A DNA stretch of 64,000 nucleotides from an uncultured Chloroflexia bacterium (GTDB taxonomy: Bacteria; Chloroflexota; Limnocylindria; QHBO01): assembly GCA_963797855.1 (NCBI GenBank), contig CAWCQX010000008.1, forward strand, positions 34,648-98,647, in the 5' to 3' direction. Each line of letters begins with the position of its first letter. Positions within the stretch are counted from its first letter, which is position 1. Made by a program: the position numbers and the translations under genes. Shown one piece after another: positions 1 through 8,359 of this stretch. The notes under the pieces were generated by a model. That model had not been told where the DNA came from and searched no databases. It saw only the letters and a program-made list of their open reading frames with translations.

Positions 1-325
1 CCGCCTCGGTGGCGTAGCCGTGGCCCCAGTGCGCGGCTCGCCAGGCGCCAGCCGACCTCGACCATCCCGTCGGCGAGGTAGTCGGCCGGCCACAGGCCGA
101 CGTAGCCGACGAACGGGGCGACGCCGGGCACCTCGACCGCCCACAGGCCCCAGCCGTGCTCCTCCCAGTGCCGCTCGATCCGATCGACGAACGCATCCGA
201 CGGCTTCGCGCGACATCAGCCCCTGCATGTGCTCCATGACGACCGGGTCGGCGTTCATCGCCGCGAACGGGGTCGCGGTCCGCATCGGTCCAGCGGCGGA
301 GGAGGAGTCGCTCCGTGCGGATCAC
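1..325 (-). CDS. GNAT family N-acetyltransferase (RimJ/RimL-like), C-terminus runs off the window, frameshifted
   Basis: Reverse translation gives VIRTERLLLRRWTDADRDP | FAAMNADPVVMEHMQGLMSR | SDAFVDRIERHWEEHGWGLWAVEVPGVAPFVGYVGLWPADYLADGMVEVGWRLA | AAHWGHGYATEA in shifting frames (breaks near 269-272, ~205, ~45). GTG 325..323 overlaps the upstream MFS stop (GTGA). Not present as one ORF in the track. Confidence 0.6.
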   Translation of the reverse strand, partial: MIRTERLLLRRWTDADRDPVRGDERRPGRHGAHAGADVARSRRMRSSIGSSGTGRSTAGACGRSRCPASPRSSATSACGRPTTSPTGWSRSAGAWRAAHWGHGYATEA

Positions 326-1584
326 GCCGCGGCGGCCGGGCGCAGCCGGGGAATCTGGACCGCCAGGAAGAGCGCGGGGATGAGCGTCAATCCGACGCCG
401 ATGAACCCGAGCACGGTGTACGAGGCGGCCGCCACGATCAGCCCGGACGCGAGGCTGGCGAAGGCGGCGGTGCCCCAGGTCAGGGTGTCGGCGACGCCCT
501 GGATCCGCGTCCGCTCGGCGAGCGCCAGGCCGTAGCTCAGCATCGACGACGCGGCCACGAAGCAGAGGTTCCAGCCGTAGCCGAGCAGGAAGAGGGCGAA
601 CGTCAGCCCGATGCCGCCGTCGGCGGGAGCCAGGGCCGCGATGAGCGCGGCGGCGGCCAGCCCGACGAACCCGGCGGCGATCACCGGCGGGCTGCCGAAC
701 CGATCGGTCAGCCTTCCGGTGATCGGCGAGAGCCCGAACATCCCGAACGTGTGCGCCGAGAGGACGAGGCCGACGGTCGCGAGGCCATGCCCGTGGTCCA
801 TGAGGTGGATCGGGGTCATCGTCATGATCAGGACCATCACGACCTGGGCGGCGACCAGCGTCACGAGCGCCACGGCCACCGAGGGACGCGCGGCGATCAC
901 GCGCAGCGCCGGCGCCTTGACGAGCGGGTCGACCGGACCGGGCAGGGCCGACGGATCGGCCAGCGCGTACGGCTCCGGGCGCAGCAGGAACACGGACACG
1001 ATCCAGGCCAGGCCGATGAAGAAGACCGTCAGCAGGTACGACCCGGCGAGCTCGGGGAAGCCAAGGGCGACGGCCATCTCGCCGGCGGGAGCCGTCAGGT
1101 TCGGACCGATGACCGCGCCGATCGTCGTGCCCCACACGACCAGGCCGAGCGCCGACGCACGTCGTTCCGGCGTCGCCATGTCGGCGGCGATGTAGCGGCC
1201 GAGGTTGCCGGCCGCGTTGGCGAAGCCGGTGAAGGCGCTGCCGAGGAGCAGCAGCGGGATCGAGCCGACGAGGATCGAGCCGAACGCGATGGCGCCGCCG
1301 AGGACCCCGACCGCGAGCCCGAGCAGCAGGCCGATCCGGCGGCCGCGGCGCAGCATGATCATCGCGATCAGGCTCGCCGCCACCGCGGTCCCGATCGTCG
1401 TCGTCGTCGTGGGCAGGCCGCCGAGCGCCGCGCCGCCCGACATCTCCGCCGCGACCAGCGTTCCGACCGTCACCGCCGCGATGTAGCCGGTGCTTCCCAA
1501 CGCGGCGACGGTGAAGAGGACCCAGCTCATCCGCCTCCGCAGGCGCGGGAGGTCGTCGGCGGGGATCCGCGCCGCGGTCGCCAT
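322..1584 (-). CDS. MFS transporter
   Basis: C-terminal ~420 aa of track ORF 322..2370: continuous hydrophobic helices, MFS loop motif LSPITGRLTDRFG and second-half GRRIGLLLG. ATG 1584 (MATAARIPADD...) lies 26 nt after the LLM stop; alternative ATG 1530 (MSWVLF...). Confidence 0.8.
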   Translation of the reverse strand: MATAARIPADDLPRLRRRMSWVLFTVAALGSTGYIAAVTVGTLVAAEMSGGAALGGLPTTTTTIGTAVAASLIAMIMLRRGRRIGLLLGLAVGVLGGAIAFGSILVGSIPLLLLGSAFTGFANAAGNLGRYIAADMATPERRASALGLVVWGTTIGAVIGPNLTAPAGEMAVALGFPELAGSYLLTVFFIGLAWIVSVFLLRPEPYALADPSALPGPVDPLVKAPALRVIAARPSVAVALVTLVAAQVVMVLIMTMTPIHLMDHGHGLATVGLVLSAHTFGMFGLSPITGRLTDRFGSPPVIAAGFVGLAAAALIAALAPADGGIGLTFALFLLGYGWNLCFVAASSMLSYGLALAERTRIQGVADTLTWGTAAFASLASGLIVAAASYTVLGFIGVGLTLIPALFLAVQIPRLRPAAAA

Positions 1585-1610
1585 CGCCCGCGCGACCGCC
1601 GCCGGCTGCG

Positions 1611-2488
1611 TCACGCCAGCGCCTCCAGCGTCGGAAGGTGCTCGGTCGTTCCGTCCGGCGCGACGGGGATGACCGCGACGTGATCGGCGCCGGCCGCGTG
1701 CAGCTCCTCGATCCGCTGCCGGGCATCGGCGACCGAGCCGAGTCGCGACCATCGCTTCGACGAGCCGATCGCTGCCGGGCGCCTCCCAGTCGTCGGCGGT
1801 GAAGCCCTGGAGCTCCCACGAGGCGTGGTAGGTCGGCGTGCGCAGGTACGGCTTCAGGTAGGCGCGCGCGGCATCGGGCCCATCGAGGGCGACCGGCAGC
1901 GTCACCGCCAGGATCGGGCGGTGGCCGTCGGCGGCGGCATCGAGGCGAGCGCGCATCCAGGCGACGCGCTCCGGCGTGACGAGGTACGGGAAGGCGCCGT
2001 CGGCGTCGGTGGCGGCGAGGTCGGTCATCCGCTCGCGGAGCGCGGCGACGAGGATCGGCGGCTCGAGGCCGTCATCGCGCGGACCCTTGTAGACCGCCGC
2101 GCGATAGGCCGCGAGGTACTCGCGCATCCGCGTGAGCGGCCGATCGAAGACGTGGCCGCGGAGCTTCGCGGCGAGGTGCGGGTGGCTGACCCCGAGGCCG
2201 AGCACGAACCGGCCGGAGGTCGCCTCGGCGAGCGTCTCCGCGCTCATCCGCGTCGCCTGCGCGTCGCGTCCCCAGATGCTGACGATGCTCGTCCCGAGCA
2301 CCAGGCGCGACGTCTCGCCGGCCAGGAGCCCGAGCAGCGCGAACGGCTCGCGCCCGACCGTCTCGGGCACCCACAGGGCGCCGTAGCCGAGCGCCTCGAC
2401 GCGGCGGGCGTAGTTCCTGGCCTGCGGCGACCGGGAGCGAATCGAGGTGGCCCCAGACGCCGACGCGCCCGAGGTCGAGGGAGGTCAC
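1611..2488 (-). CDS. LLM-class (luciferase-like) F420-dependent oxidoreductase, 2 frame breaks
   Basis: MTSLDLGRVGVWGHLDS (ORF 2072..2488) continues as PETVGREPFALLGLLAGETSRLVLGTSIVSIWGRD...YLKPYLRTPTYHASWELQGF (ORF 322..2370 frame). It ends GSVADARQRIEELHAAGADHVAVIPVAPDGTTEHLPTLEALA* at TGA 1613..1611. Breaks near ~2400 and ~1745. Confidence 0.75.
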
Positions 2489-2505
2489 GGACCGATGCTA
2501 CCCGC

Positions 2506-3204
2506 TCAGTCGGATCCGAACCGGTAGCGCAGGAAGAGCTCGTCGTCGTGGCGCAGGACGCTGACGAGCCGGCCGCGACATGGATCGGTGGCGTACGGGG
2601 AGCCGCCGGCGATCGGGGCGAACATCGGCAGCGCGTCCGTCCCGAGCAGGTGCGCGCCGACCGTCCAGTACAGCTCGTCGATCAGCCCGGCAGCGAGGAA
2701 CGCGGCATTCAGGTGCGGACCGCCCTCGAGGAGCAGCGATCGGATTCCCCGCGCCGCGAGGGTCGCCAGGATCCAGCGCGGGGCGGGGCGGGCGTCCGAG
2801 GCGCGCACGAGCTCCGTGCCCTCGGGCGCGGCCTCGATCGGGTTGTCGCGACCGACGATGAGGATCCGGCGCTCGTCACCGCTGAACCAGCGCGCATCGA
2901 GCGGGATCGGGTCGTGGCCGGCGATGACGACGCCGATCGGGTTCGGCGAGCGGCCGTCGGCGGCGCGCCGCGCGGCGAGGCCGTCCCCCACCCGCAGCCA
3001 GAGCCCGGCGGCGCGCAGCGTGCCGGCTCCGCTGCCGACGGCGTCGTAGGCCGCGCGGTACAGGCGCATCAGCCGTCGATCGGCGCGGCCGGCGAGGCCC
3101 TCGGCCGTGCCCTCCAGCTGTGCGCGGCCGTCGATGCTGGTGACCATGTTCACCCCGACCAGCGGTCGGTCCGGCGGCGGCGCGGGCAGCGTGAAGGCGG
3201 CCAT
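2506..3204 (-). CDS. RibD C-terminal domain / dihydrofolate reductase-like protein
   Basis: Intact 232 aa ORF. VNMVTSIDGRA...GRADRRLMRLYRAAYDAV..GAGTLRA...RSLLLEGGPHLNAAFLAAGLIDELYWTV is the RibD_C reductase pattern. Confidence 0.8.
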   Translation of the reverse strand: MAAFTLPAPPPDRPLVGVNMVTSIDGRAQLEGTAEGLAGRADRRLMRLYRAAYDAVGSGAGTLRAAGLWLRVGDGLAARRAADGRSPNPIGVVIAGHDPIPLDARWFSGDERRILIVGRDNPIEAAPEGTELVRASDARPAPRWILATLAARGIRSLLLEGGPHLNAAFLAAGLIDELYWTVGAHLLGTDALPMFAPIAGGSPYATDPCRGRLVSVLRHDDELFLRYRFGSD

Positions 3205-3287
3205 CGCATCGTCCAGCGCCAGGTCCGCGGTCGGGTCGGGCCAGAGGCGGTCGACGCGGTGGACGGGCGTCGGTCACGCGGCCGATC

Positions 3288-3606
3288 CTACTCGACGAGC
3301 TGGAACTCCTCGCACGCCGCGAGCTGGTCGGCGTCGTAGGCGATCTCCACCCGCGACGAGGTCAGCCCGGTGACCGCGTCGGCCGGCACGACGCGGGTCG
3401 TGCCGTCGGCATAGCGCGTCACGGCGACGCCGTGGAAGATCCCCTCCGACTCGGTGCCGAGCATGGCGGCGACGCGACCGAGATCCTCGCCGTTCGGGCC
3501 CGACGACGAGCGTCTCGGCCTGGACGTAGCTCCAGGCCACCGGGTCGTCGGGACCGGGAAGATCGAGCTCGGCGGCGCCGGACTGCGTTCGGTCGATGTC
3601 GTTCAT
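3288..3606 (-). CDS. PRC-barrel-like small protein, 1 frame break
   Basis: MNDIDRTQSGAAELDLPGPDDPVAWSYVQAETLVVGP then (shift ~3495) NGEDLGRVAAMLGTESEGIFHGVAVTRYADGTTRVVPADAVTGLTSSRVEIAYDADQLAACEEFQLVE*. The V.G..G..lG.V...hG..V....vP...v pattern resembles PRC-barrel proteins. Confidence 0.5.
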
Positions 3607-3653
3607 GCGGCCAGTGTCGCACGAGCGGTGCCGGAGCGGCGCCGATCGAGCGG

Positions 3654-3908
3654 CTAGTCGAACACGCGCTCCAGGTGCCAGGTGCCGCGGATCTCGTCGA
3701 GGAAGATCGTGCACAGCAGGCCGGAGCGGGTGACGACCTTGTAGCAGGCACGCGCGACCGGGTCGCGCCACCAGCCGTCGTCCACCCGCCAGCGGTTGCA
3801 GATGCCGACCTCGCCGTGATCGGTGCCGTCCATGCGGAGGCGGATCGGGGCGCCGTCGGCATCGGTCTCGACCTGGACCAGCGGATGGTCGAGGTAGCGC
3901 CGGGTCAC
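3654..3908 (-). CDS. small ImuB-coupled protein (DUF6504-like)
   Basis: VTRRYLDHPLVQVETDADGAPIRLRMDGTDHGEVGICNRWRVDDGWWRDPVARACYKVVTRSGLLCTIFLDEIRGTWHLERVFD*. GTG 3908..3906 overlaps the imuB stop (GTGA). The W-rich WRVDDGWWR core matches what I recall for DUF6504 next to imuB. Confidence 0.6.
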   Translation of the reverse strand: MTRRYLDHPLVQVETDADGAPIRLRMDGTDHGEVGICNRWRVDDGWWRDPVARACYKVVTRSGLLCTIFLDEIRGTWHLERVFD

Positions 3909-4951
3909 GAGCCGATGTCGACCAGCCGCGACCGATGCTCCGGCAGCGCCGCGGTCGGCCGCTCGCTGGTGGCCCGCCAGAGGCGGCCGGGACCGAACCG
4001 ATGCCGGATCCGCTCCAGCGACCAGCGCAGCTCCTCCCAGCGTCCGGCACGCGCCTCGAAGGCCGGCAGCTGCCGGACCGCGGGATCGGCCAGGCGGTCG
4101 AACCGCAGATGGACCGATGCGACCCGCGGCTCCTCCTCGGCATCCGCCTGCATGCGAGCGCGGGCTGCGGCCTCGACGCGCGAGAGGAGCAGCCGCGCGA
4201 TCCAGTCCGGCTCGAGGGCCGGCTGCGGGAACGGCTGGCCCACGTGGAGGTCGGGCGCGTCCTCGAAGCGCAGGTCCAGGACCGCGCGGCCGGGAGCCAG
4301 GTTCCGCTCGCGAAGGCGATCGCACAGGTCGGCGGCGAGGCGACGCAGGGTGAGGCCCGCGGCGCCGACCCCGTCGAGCGGCGTCTCGAAGACGACGCTC
4401 GCCTCGACCCGCTCGGGACGCCGGCGCGGGACGATCGGCCGAGGGTCGTGCCCGCGAGCCAGGTCCTGGAGCCGCTCCCCGATCGCGCCGAACTGGGCGC
4501 CGACCGCCGAGCGCGGCAGGTCGGCGAGCTGCGACATCGTCGTCAGGCCGAAGAGCGCGAGGCGCTGGCGCGTGGCGGGATCGGCCGGCAGCAGGGCCAG
4601 CGGCAGGTCGCGCAGCTCCGCGCGCTCGAGGGTGCGGAACGCGGCCGGCGCGCCCTCGCGCTCGAAGCGGGCCAGCCGGGCGGCCAGCGTCGCCAGCCAG
4701 CGGTTGTCGCCGACCCCGCAGCGGACGGCGAGCGGCGCCACGGCCCGGGTCAGCATCGCGGCGCGCGCCGCGATCCGGCGTTCCGGGCCCCACAACGCGG
4801 TGAGGCCGGTGATCTCGACGATCGCGACGCCGGCGTCGACCGCCTCGACCCGCGGCGAGAGGTCGTCGAGGGCGTCGAGCATCCGCTCGAAGGGCGCCAC
4901 GTCCGCCTCCGGCTCGCGCAGCTCCGGCCAGACGAGGGCGAGCAGACGCAT
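3905..4951 (-). CDS. imuB: ImuB-type Y-family DNA polymerase paralog (SOS mutasome subunit)
   Basis: MRLLALVWPELREPEADVAPFERMLDALDDLSPRVEAVDAGVAIVEITGLTALWGPERR...LPLALLPADPATRQRLALFGLTTMSQLADLPRSAVGAQFG is a DinB/UmuC-like fold. The place of the DinB Asp-pair motif reads LALVWPEL (no Asp pair), as in ImuB. Follows imuA' behind a LexA box. Confidence 0.8.
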   Translation of the reverse strand: MRLLALVWPELREPEADVAPFERMLDALDDLSPRVEAVDAGVAIVEITGLTALWGPERRIAARAAMLTRAVAPLAVRCGVGDNRWLATLAARLARFEREGAPAAFRTLERAELRDLPLALLPADPATRQRLALFGLTTMSQLADLPRSAVGAQFGAIGERLQDLARGHDPRPIVPRRRPERVEASVVFETPLDGVGAAGLTLRRLAADLCDRLRERNLAPGRAVLDLRFEDAPDLHVGQPFPQPALEPDWIARLLLSRVEAAARARMQADAEEEPRVASVHLRFDRLADPAVRQLPAFEARAGRWEELRWSLERIRHRFGPGRLWRATSERPTAALPEHRSRLVDIGS

Positions 4952-5813
4952 CACGCCACCCTCGGCGGACCCATGCGGATGCGCTCGCGCGGCAGCTCGG
5001 CCGATGGCCAGCCGGCAGCGGTGCCGTCCCAGTCGTAGCGCCACGGGTCGATGCCCTCGATCCACCAGGTGGCGCCGATCTCGGCCGACACCGCCGGGTC
5101 GTCGTCTCGCCGGGGTTGGTGCGGCCACCGTCGAAGTACTCGAACGGCGCGTCGGGATCGCTGCGCAGCGAGCGCAGCTCGGCGAGGAGGGCGCGCGATT
5201 TCTCCTCCCAGTCCTCGGTGGGGTTCGGGAAGAGCGCGTTCATCCCGTCCCAGCGCGCCGCGCGGCGGATCGGTCCGCGGTGCGGCCAGTAGCCGGCGAC
5301 GATGATCGGGATCCGCGGGCGCTGGATCGGGCGTGGCAGGAAGGTCATCGGTCCCAGCTGGTAGTGGGTTCCCGAGAAGCTGAACTCCTCTCCGCTCCAC
5401 AGGCCGTCCAGGATCGCCAGGCCCTCGTCGAGCCTGGCGGCGAGCACCTTCAGCTCGGTCGGCTCACCGAAGGCGCCGAGCTCGATGTCGAGCGGCTCAC
5501 CGAGGCCGACCCCGAGCATCATCCGCCCGCCCGACAGGTGGTCGATCGTGACCGCCTGGCGCGCGACGACCCATGGGCGTCGACGCGGGAGCGGCGTGAC
5601 CATCGGCCCGATGACCAGGCGCTCGGTCGTCGTGGCGATCGCCGCGAGGAGGACCCACGGATCGGAGACCGGCAGCGGCGTGGCGCTGAAGCGGATGTGG
5701 TCCCACAGGAAGAAGCCGTCCCAGCCCGCCGCCTCGGCCTCGCCGGCCAGGTCGACCATCGTTCGGGGATCGGCCCAATCGCCGAAGTTCGGGATGCTGA
5801 TCGCGTATCGCAC
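4951..5813 (-). CDS. LLM-class (luciferase-like) F420-dependent oxidoreductase, 1 frame break
   Basis: MRYAISIPNFGDWADPRTMVDLAGEAEAAGWDGFFLWDHI...GRMMLGVGLGEP...IPIIVAGYWPHRGPIRRAARWDGMN, then (shift ~5105-5112) DDPAVSAEIGATWWIEGIDPWRYDW...RIRMGPPRVA*. The TGA shares its A with the imuB ATG (TGATG, 4953..4949). Confidence 0.75.
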
Positions 5814-5863
5814 GTTCTCTCCTCATGCGCCGATGACGTCGACGATTCTGGCGGTGCCGGTCA

Positions 5864-6678
5864 TCAGGCACTCACCACCCGCAGGGCGGGGCGCTCCTCC
5901 ACCGACTCGACCGGCCGTGGCTCGGCGGCCGTCGCCAGCAGCGGATCGATGCGCCGCCCCTCGCCGAACCACAGGTCGAGCTCGGCGGAGCCACCCGCCA
6001 GCGCCCAGCGATGGCGCTCGACCACGGCATGGACGCGCTGCCCGACGAGATCGCGCCCGGCCGCCAGCCAGGCGGACCGACGCAGCGCCACCCGCACCCC
6101 GGCCACCGCCCCGACCACGACGCGACCCGCCGGCGCGACGACCAGCGCCGAGGTGGCCTCGGCGCGCGCCAGCACCGAGCCGAGCCGATCCACCGCACGC
6201 CGATCCGGCACGCCCCGCTCCCCGAGATCGAGGACGAGCGCGTCGATCAGGCTCGAGCGACCGAGCCAGGCGGCGAGCTCGATCGCCTCGGCGGGATCGT
6301 GCGGGCGCGCGACGAGAAGCCACTCCAGGCCGACGCCGGCGCACGCGGCGACGGCCGGGTCGAAGGTGCCATCGAGGTCGAGCCAGGCCGCCAGCCCACC
6401 GGCCGCCTGTGCCGCCGCCACCGAGGTCAGCGCCAGCGTCGTCGCCCCGCCGCCGGAGGGCGCGTCGAGCAGCGCGAGCGCGCCACGCGGCCAGCCGCCG
6501 ATGCCCCCCGCCCACCAGCCAGTGCCGCATCGAGCGCGGCATGGCCGCTCGGGACCGCCGGGCGGGAGGCCTCCAGCGGCTCCGGCTCGCTGCCGCGACG
6601 CAGGCCGAGACCCCGAGCGCGGAGGCTCTCGAGGGCGTTCGCCAGGGACGGGGAGACGGCGACATCGGTCCGTGGCAT
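5864..6678 (-). CDS. imuA: ImuA'-like RecA-fold protein (SOS mutasome subunit), 1 frame break
   Basis: MPRTDVAVSPSLANALESLRARGLGL...VPSGHAALDAAL, then (shift at the C6 run 6504-6509) GGIGGWPRGALALLDAPSGGGATTLALTSVAAAQAAGGLAAWLDLDGTFDPA...LEWLLVARPHDPAEAIELAAWL. Degenerate Walker A without Lys. LexA box 17 nt upstream. Confidence 0.7.
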
Positions 6679-6694
6679 TGGACTGCCGATGATA

Positions 6695-6706
6695 GAACAG
6701 ATGTTC
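6695..6706. promoter_or_regulatory. LexA (SOS) box GAACAGATGTTC, with imuA' -10 TATCAT adjacent
   Basis: TAGAACAGATGTTCGG matches the Gram-positive/actinobacterial GAAC-N4-GTTC operator. On the minus strand it abuts TATCAT (6694..6689), 10 nt before the imuA' ATG (6678). Confidence 0.7.
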
Positions 6707-6722
6707 GGTTTCGGGAAGGGAT

Positions 6723-6735
6723 GCTATACTCCCGC
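6723..6735 (+). promoter_or_regulatory. -10 element TATACT plus GC-rich discriminator for tRNA-Ala(CGC)
   Basis: GCTATACTCCCGC; the TATACT ends 13 nt before the mature tRNA 5' end. The same 13-mer recurs upstream of fabD (51929..51941). Confidence 0.45.
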
Positions 6736-6743
6736 CGGCCCGT

Positions 6744-6819
6744 GGGGATGTAGCTCAGCTGGGAGAGCACCGCGTTCGCATCGCGGGGGTCAGGGGTTCG
6801 AGTCCCCTCATCTCCACCA
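6744..6819 (+). tRNA. tRNA-Ala (anticodon CGC), CCA encoded
   Basis: Manual cloverleaf: GGGGATG/TA/GCTC-AGCTGGGA-GAGC/A/CCGCG-TTCGCAT-CGCGG/GGGTC/AGGGG-TTCGAGT-CCCCT/CATCTCC/A/CCA. G3:U70 alanine identity pair present. Confidence 0.95.
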
Positions 6820-6841
6820 CTTCTCCGGGTACCATCCGACG

Positions 6842-7912
6842 GTGCTGATCGCCGCATTCGCCGTCTCCGCGATCGGGACGGTCGCGTCCCTCGCACTGCG
6901 CCTCCTGAACGCCGATCCGACCCTCACCTTCGGCGTCGCCGCGCTCACGATCCTCGCCCTCGCCTACCTCCTCGGCCACGCCACCGAGCAGCTGGGCATC
7001 TCGGCCGGACCGAAGATCGGCGGGATCATGAACGCCACGGTCGGCAACATCGGCGAGATCATCATCGCCGCGTTCCTGATCCTCGACGGCCAGATCGACG
7101 TCGTCCACGCGTCGATCACCGGCTCGATCATCGGCAACCTGCTGCTCGTCCTCGGCGCGTCGCTGCTCGTCGGCGGCCTGAGGAACGGGGTGCAGCAGTA
7201 CGACCAGGAGGTGGTCGGCATGAACGCCGCCTCCCTGATCCTGGCGACGATCGGCCTCATCGTCCCCGCCACCTTCGCGCTCATCGTCGGAGGCGGTCCC
7301 GAGACCGACCCGGGCGACCCGGCGTTCTTCCAGATCGAGAGCCTGACGGTCGGCGTCGCGATCCTGCTGCTGATCACCTACGGCGCGCAGATGTGGTTCT
7401 TCCTCACCTCCCCGACGAGCCCGACCGCGGAGGCCGAGGACGAGGTCGCGCAGTGGAGCTGGCGCCGGGCGCTCGTGATCCTGCTCGGCGCCGCCGCCGC
7501 GCTGACGGTCACGAGCGAGATCCTCGTCAACGCCCTCGAGCCGACCGTCGAGGCGCTCGGGGTCAGCGAGCTGTTCATCGGCATCATCATCATCCCGCTG
7601 ATCGGCAACCTCGCCGAGCACGTCGTCGGCGTGACCCTCGCCTACAAGAACAAGATGGACTTCAGCCTGATCACGAGCATCGGCTCGGCGACGCAGATCG
7701 CCCTCTTCGCGACGCCCATCCTCGTCTTCTTCGGCCTCGTCGTCGGGAACCCGCTGACGCTCGTCTTCACGCCGCTCGAGGTCGTCGGCGTCGCGGTCGG
7801 CGTCTTCATCGCGTCCTACATCGCGCTCGACGGACGCTCGAACTGGGTCGAGGGGCTCCAGCTGATGAGCGTCTACCTGATCATCGCCATCGCCTTCTTC
7901 TTCGTGACCTAG
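6842..7912 (+). CDS. cax: Ca2+/H+ antiporter (CaCA/CAX family)
   Basis: C-terminal 356 aa of ORF 6011..7912. Both alpha-repeats present: GNIGEIIIAAF...GSIIGNLLLVLG and IIPLIGNLAEHVVGV...GSATQIALF. GTG 6842 is the first in-frame start after the tRNA; start uncertain. Confidence 0.8.
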   Translation: MLIAAFAVSAIGTVASLALRLLNADPTLTFGVAALTILALAYLLGHATEQLGISAGPKIGGIMNATVGNIGEIIIAAFLILDGQIDVVHASITGSIIGNLLLVLGASLLVGGLRNGVQQYDQEVVGMNAASLILATIGLIVPATFALIVGGGPETDPGDPAFFQIESLTVGVAILLLITYGAQMWFFLTSPTSPTAEAEDEVAQWSWRRALVILLGAAAALTVTSEILVNALEPTVEALGVSELFIGIIIIPLIGNLAEHVVGVTLAYKNKMDFSLITSIGSATQIALFATPILVFFGLVVGNPLTLVFTPLEVVGVAVGVFIASYIALDGRSNWVEGLQLMSVYLIIAIAFFFVT

Positions 7913-7916
7913 GCCG

Positions 7917-8355
7917 ATGAAGCGCGTCGAACGCACCGCGACGATCGCCACACCGCCGGACGAGCTCTTCGCCTACCTCGCCGACCTCGAGAACCTCGAC
8001 GAGTGGATGGCGGGCATCGTCAGCGCCGAGGTGACGTCTCCCGGCGAGATCGGCGTCGGCACGACGGCCCGCGTCGTCCGTGCGCTCGGCAGCCAGAGCG
8101 TCGAGGCGCAGCTGACCGTCGACGAGTACGAGCCGCCCCGGCACATCGTCATCGGCAGCGAGGTCTCCGGCGTCCGCATCGCCGCGTCGCTCGACCTCGA
8201 GCCCGCACGACGGCGACGCGACCGAGCTGCGCTTCGCGATGGAGATCCGCGGCTCGATGCTGACCCGCTTCATGGAGCCGATGATCGCCGGCGCGGCGGG
8301 CGGCGAGATCGACGTGACGCTCGAGCGCATTCGCGCGCGCTTCGCCGCGGGCTGA
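7917..8355 (+). CDS. SRPBCC (START/polyketide cyclase-like) family protein, 1 frame break
   Basis: MKRVERTATIATPPDELFAYLADLENLDEWMAGIVSAEVTS...HIVIGSEVSGVRIAASLDLEP, then (shift ~8202) HDGDATELRFAMEIRGSMLTRFMEPMIAGAAGGEIDVTLERIRARFAAG*. Confidence 0.65.
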
Positions 8356-8359
8356 ACCG

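Noticed and set aside
229-1683. 484-aa plus-strand ORF, and similar ORFs at 24577..26250 (-), 13583..15121 (-), 38053..39888 (-, outside the psuG/psuK segments) and 16923..18959 (+, outside the comEA/comEC segments)
   Set aside because: These are shadow or read-through ORFs. Only short stretches coincide with real gene frames, and the rest is compositionally biased junk.
3432-6692. 1086-aa plus-strand ORF, the longest on this side of the window
   Set aside because: Arg/Pro/Ala/Ser/Gly low-complexity translation with no motif. It lies antisense to recognisable imuB, LLM and imuA' sequence, so it is a typical high-GC shadow ORF.
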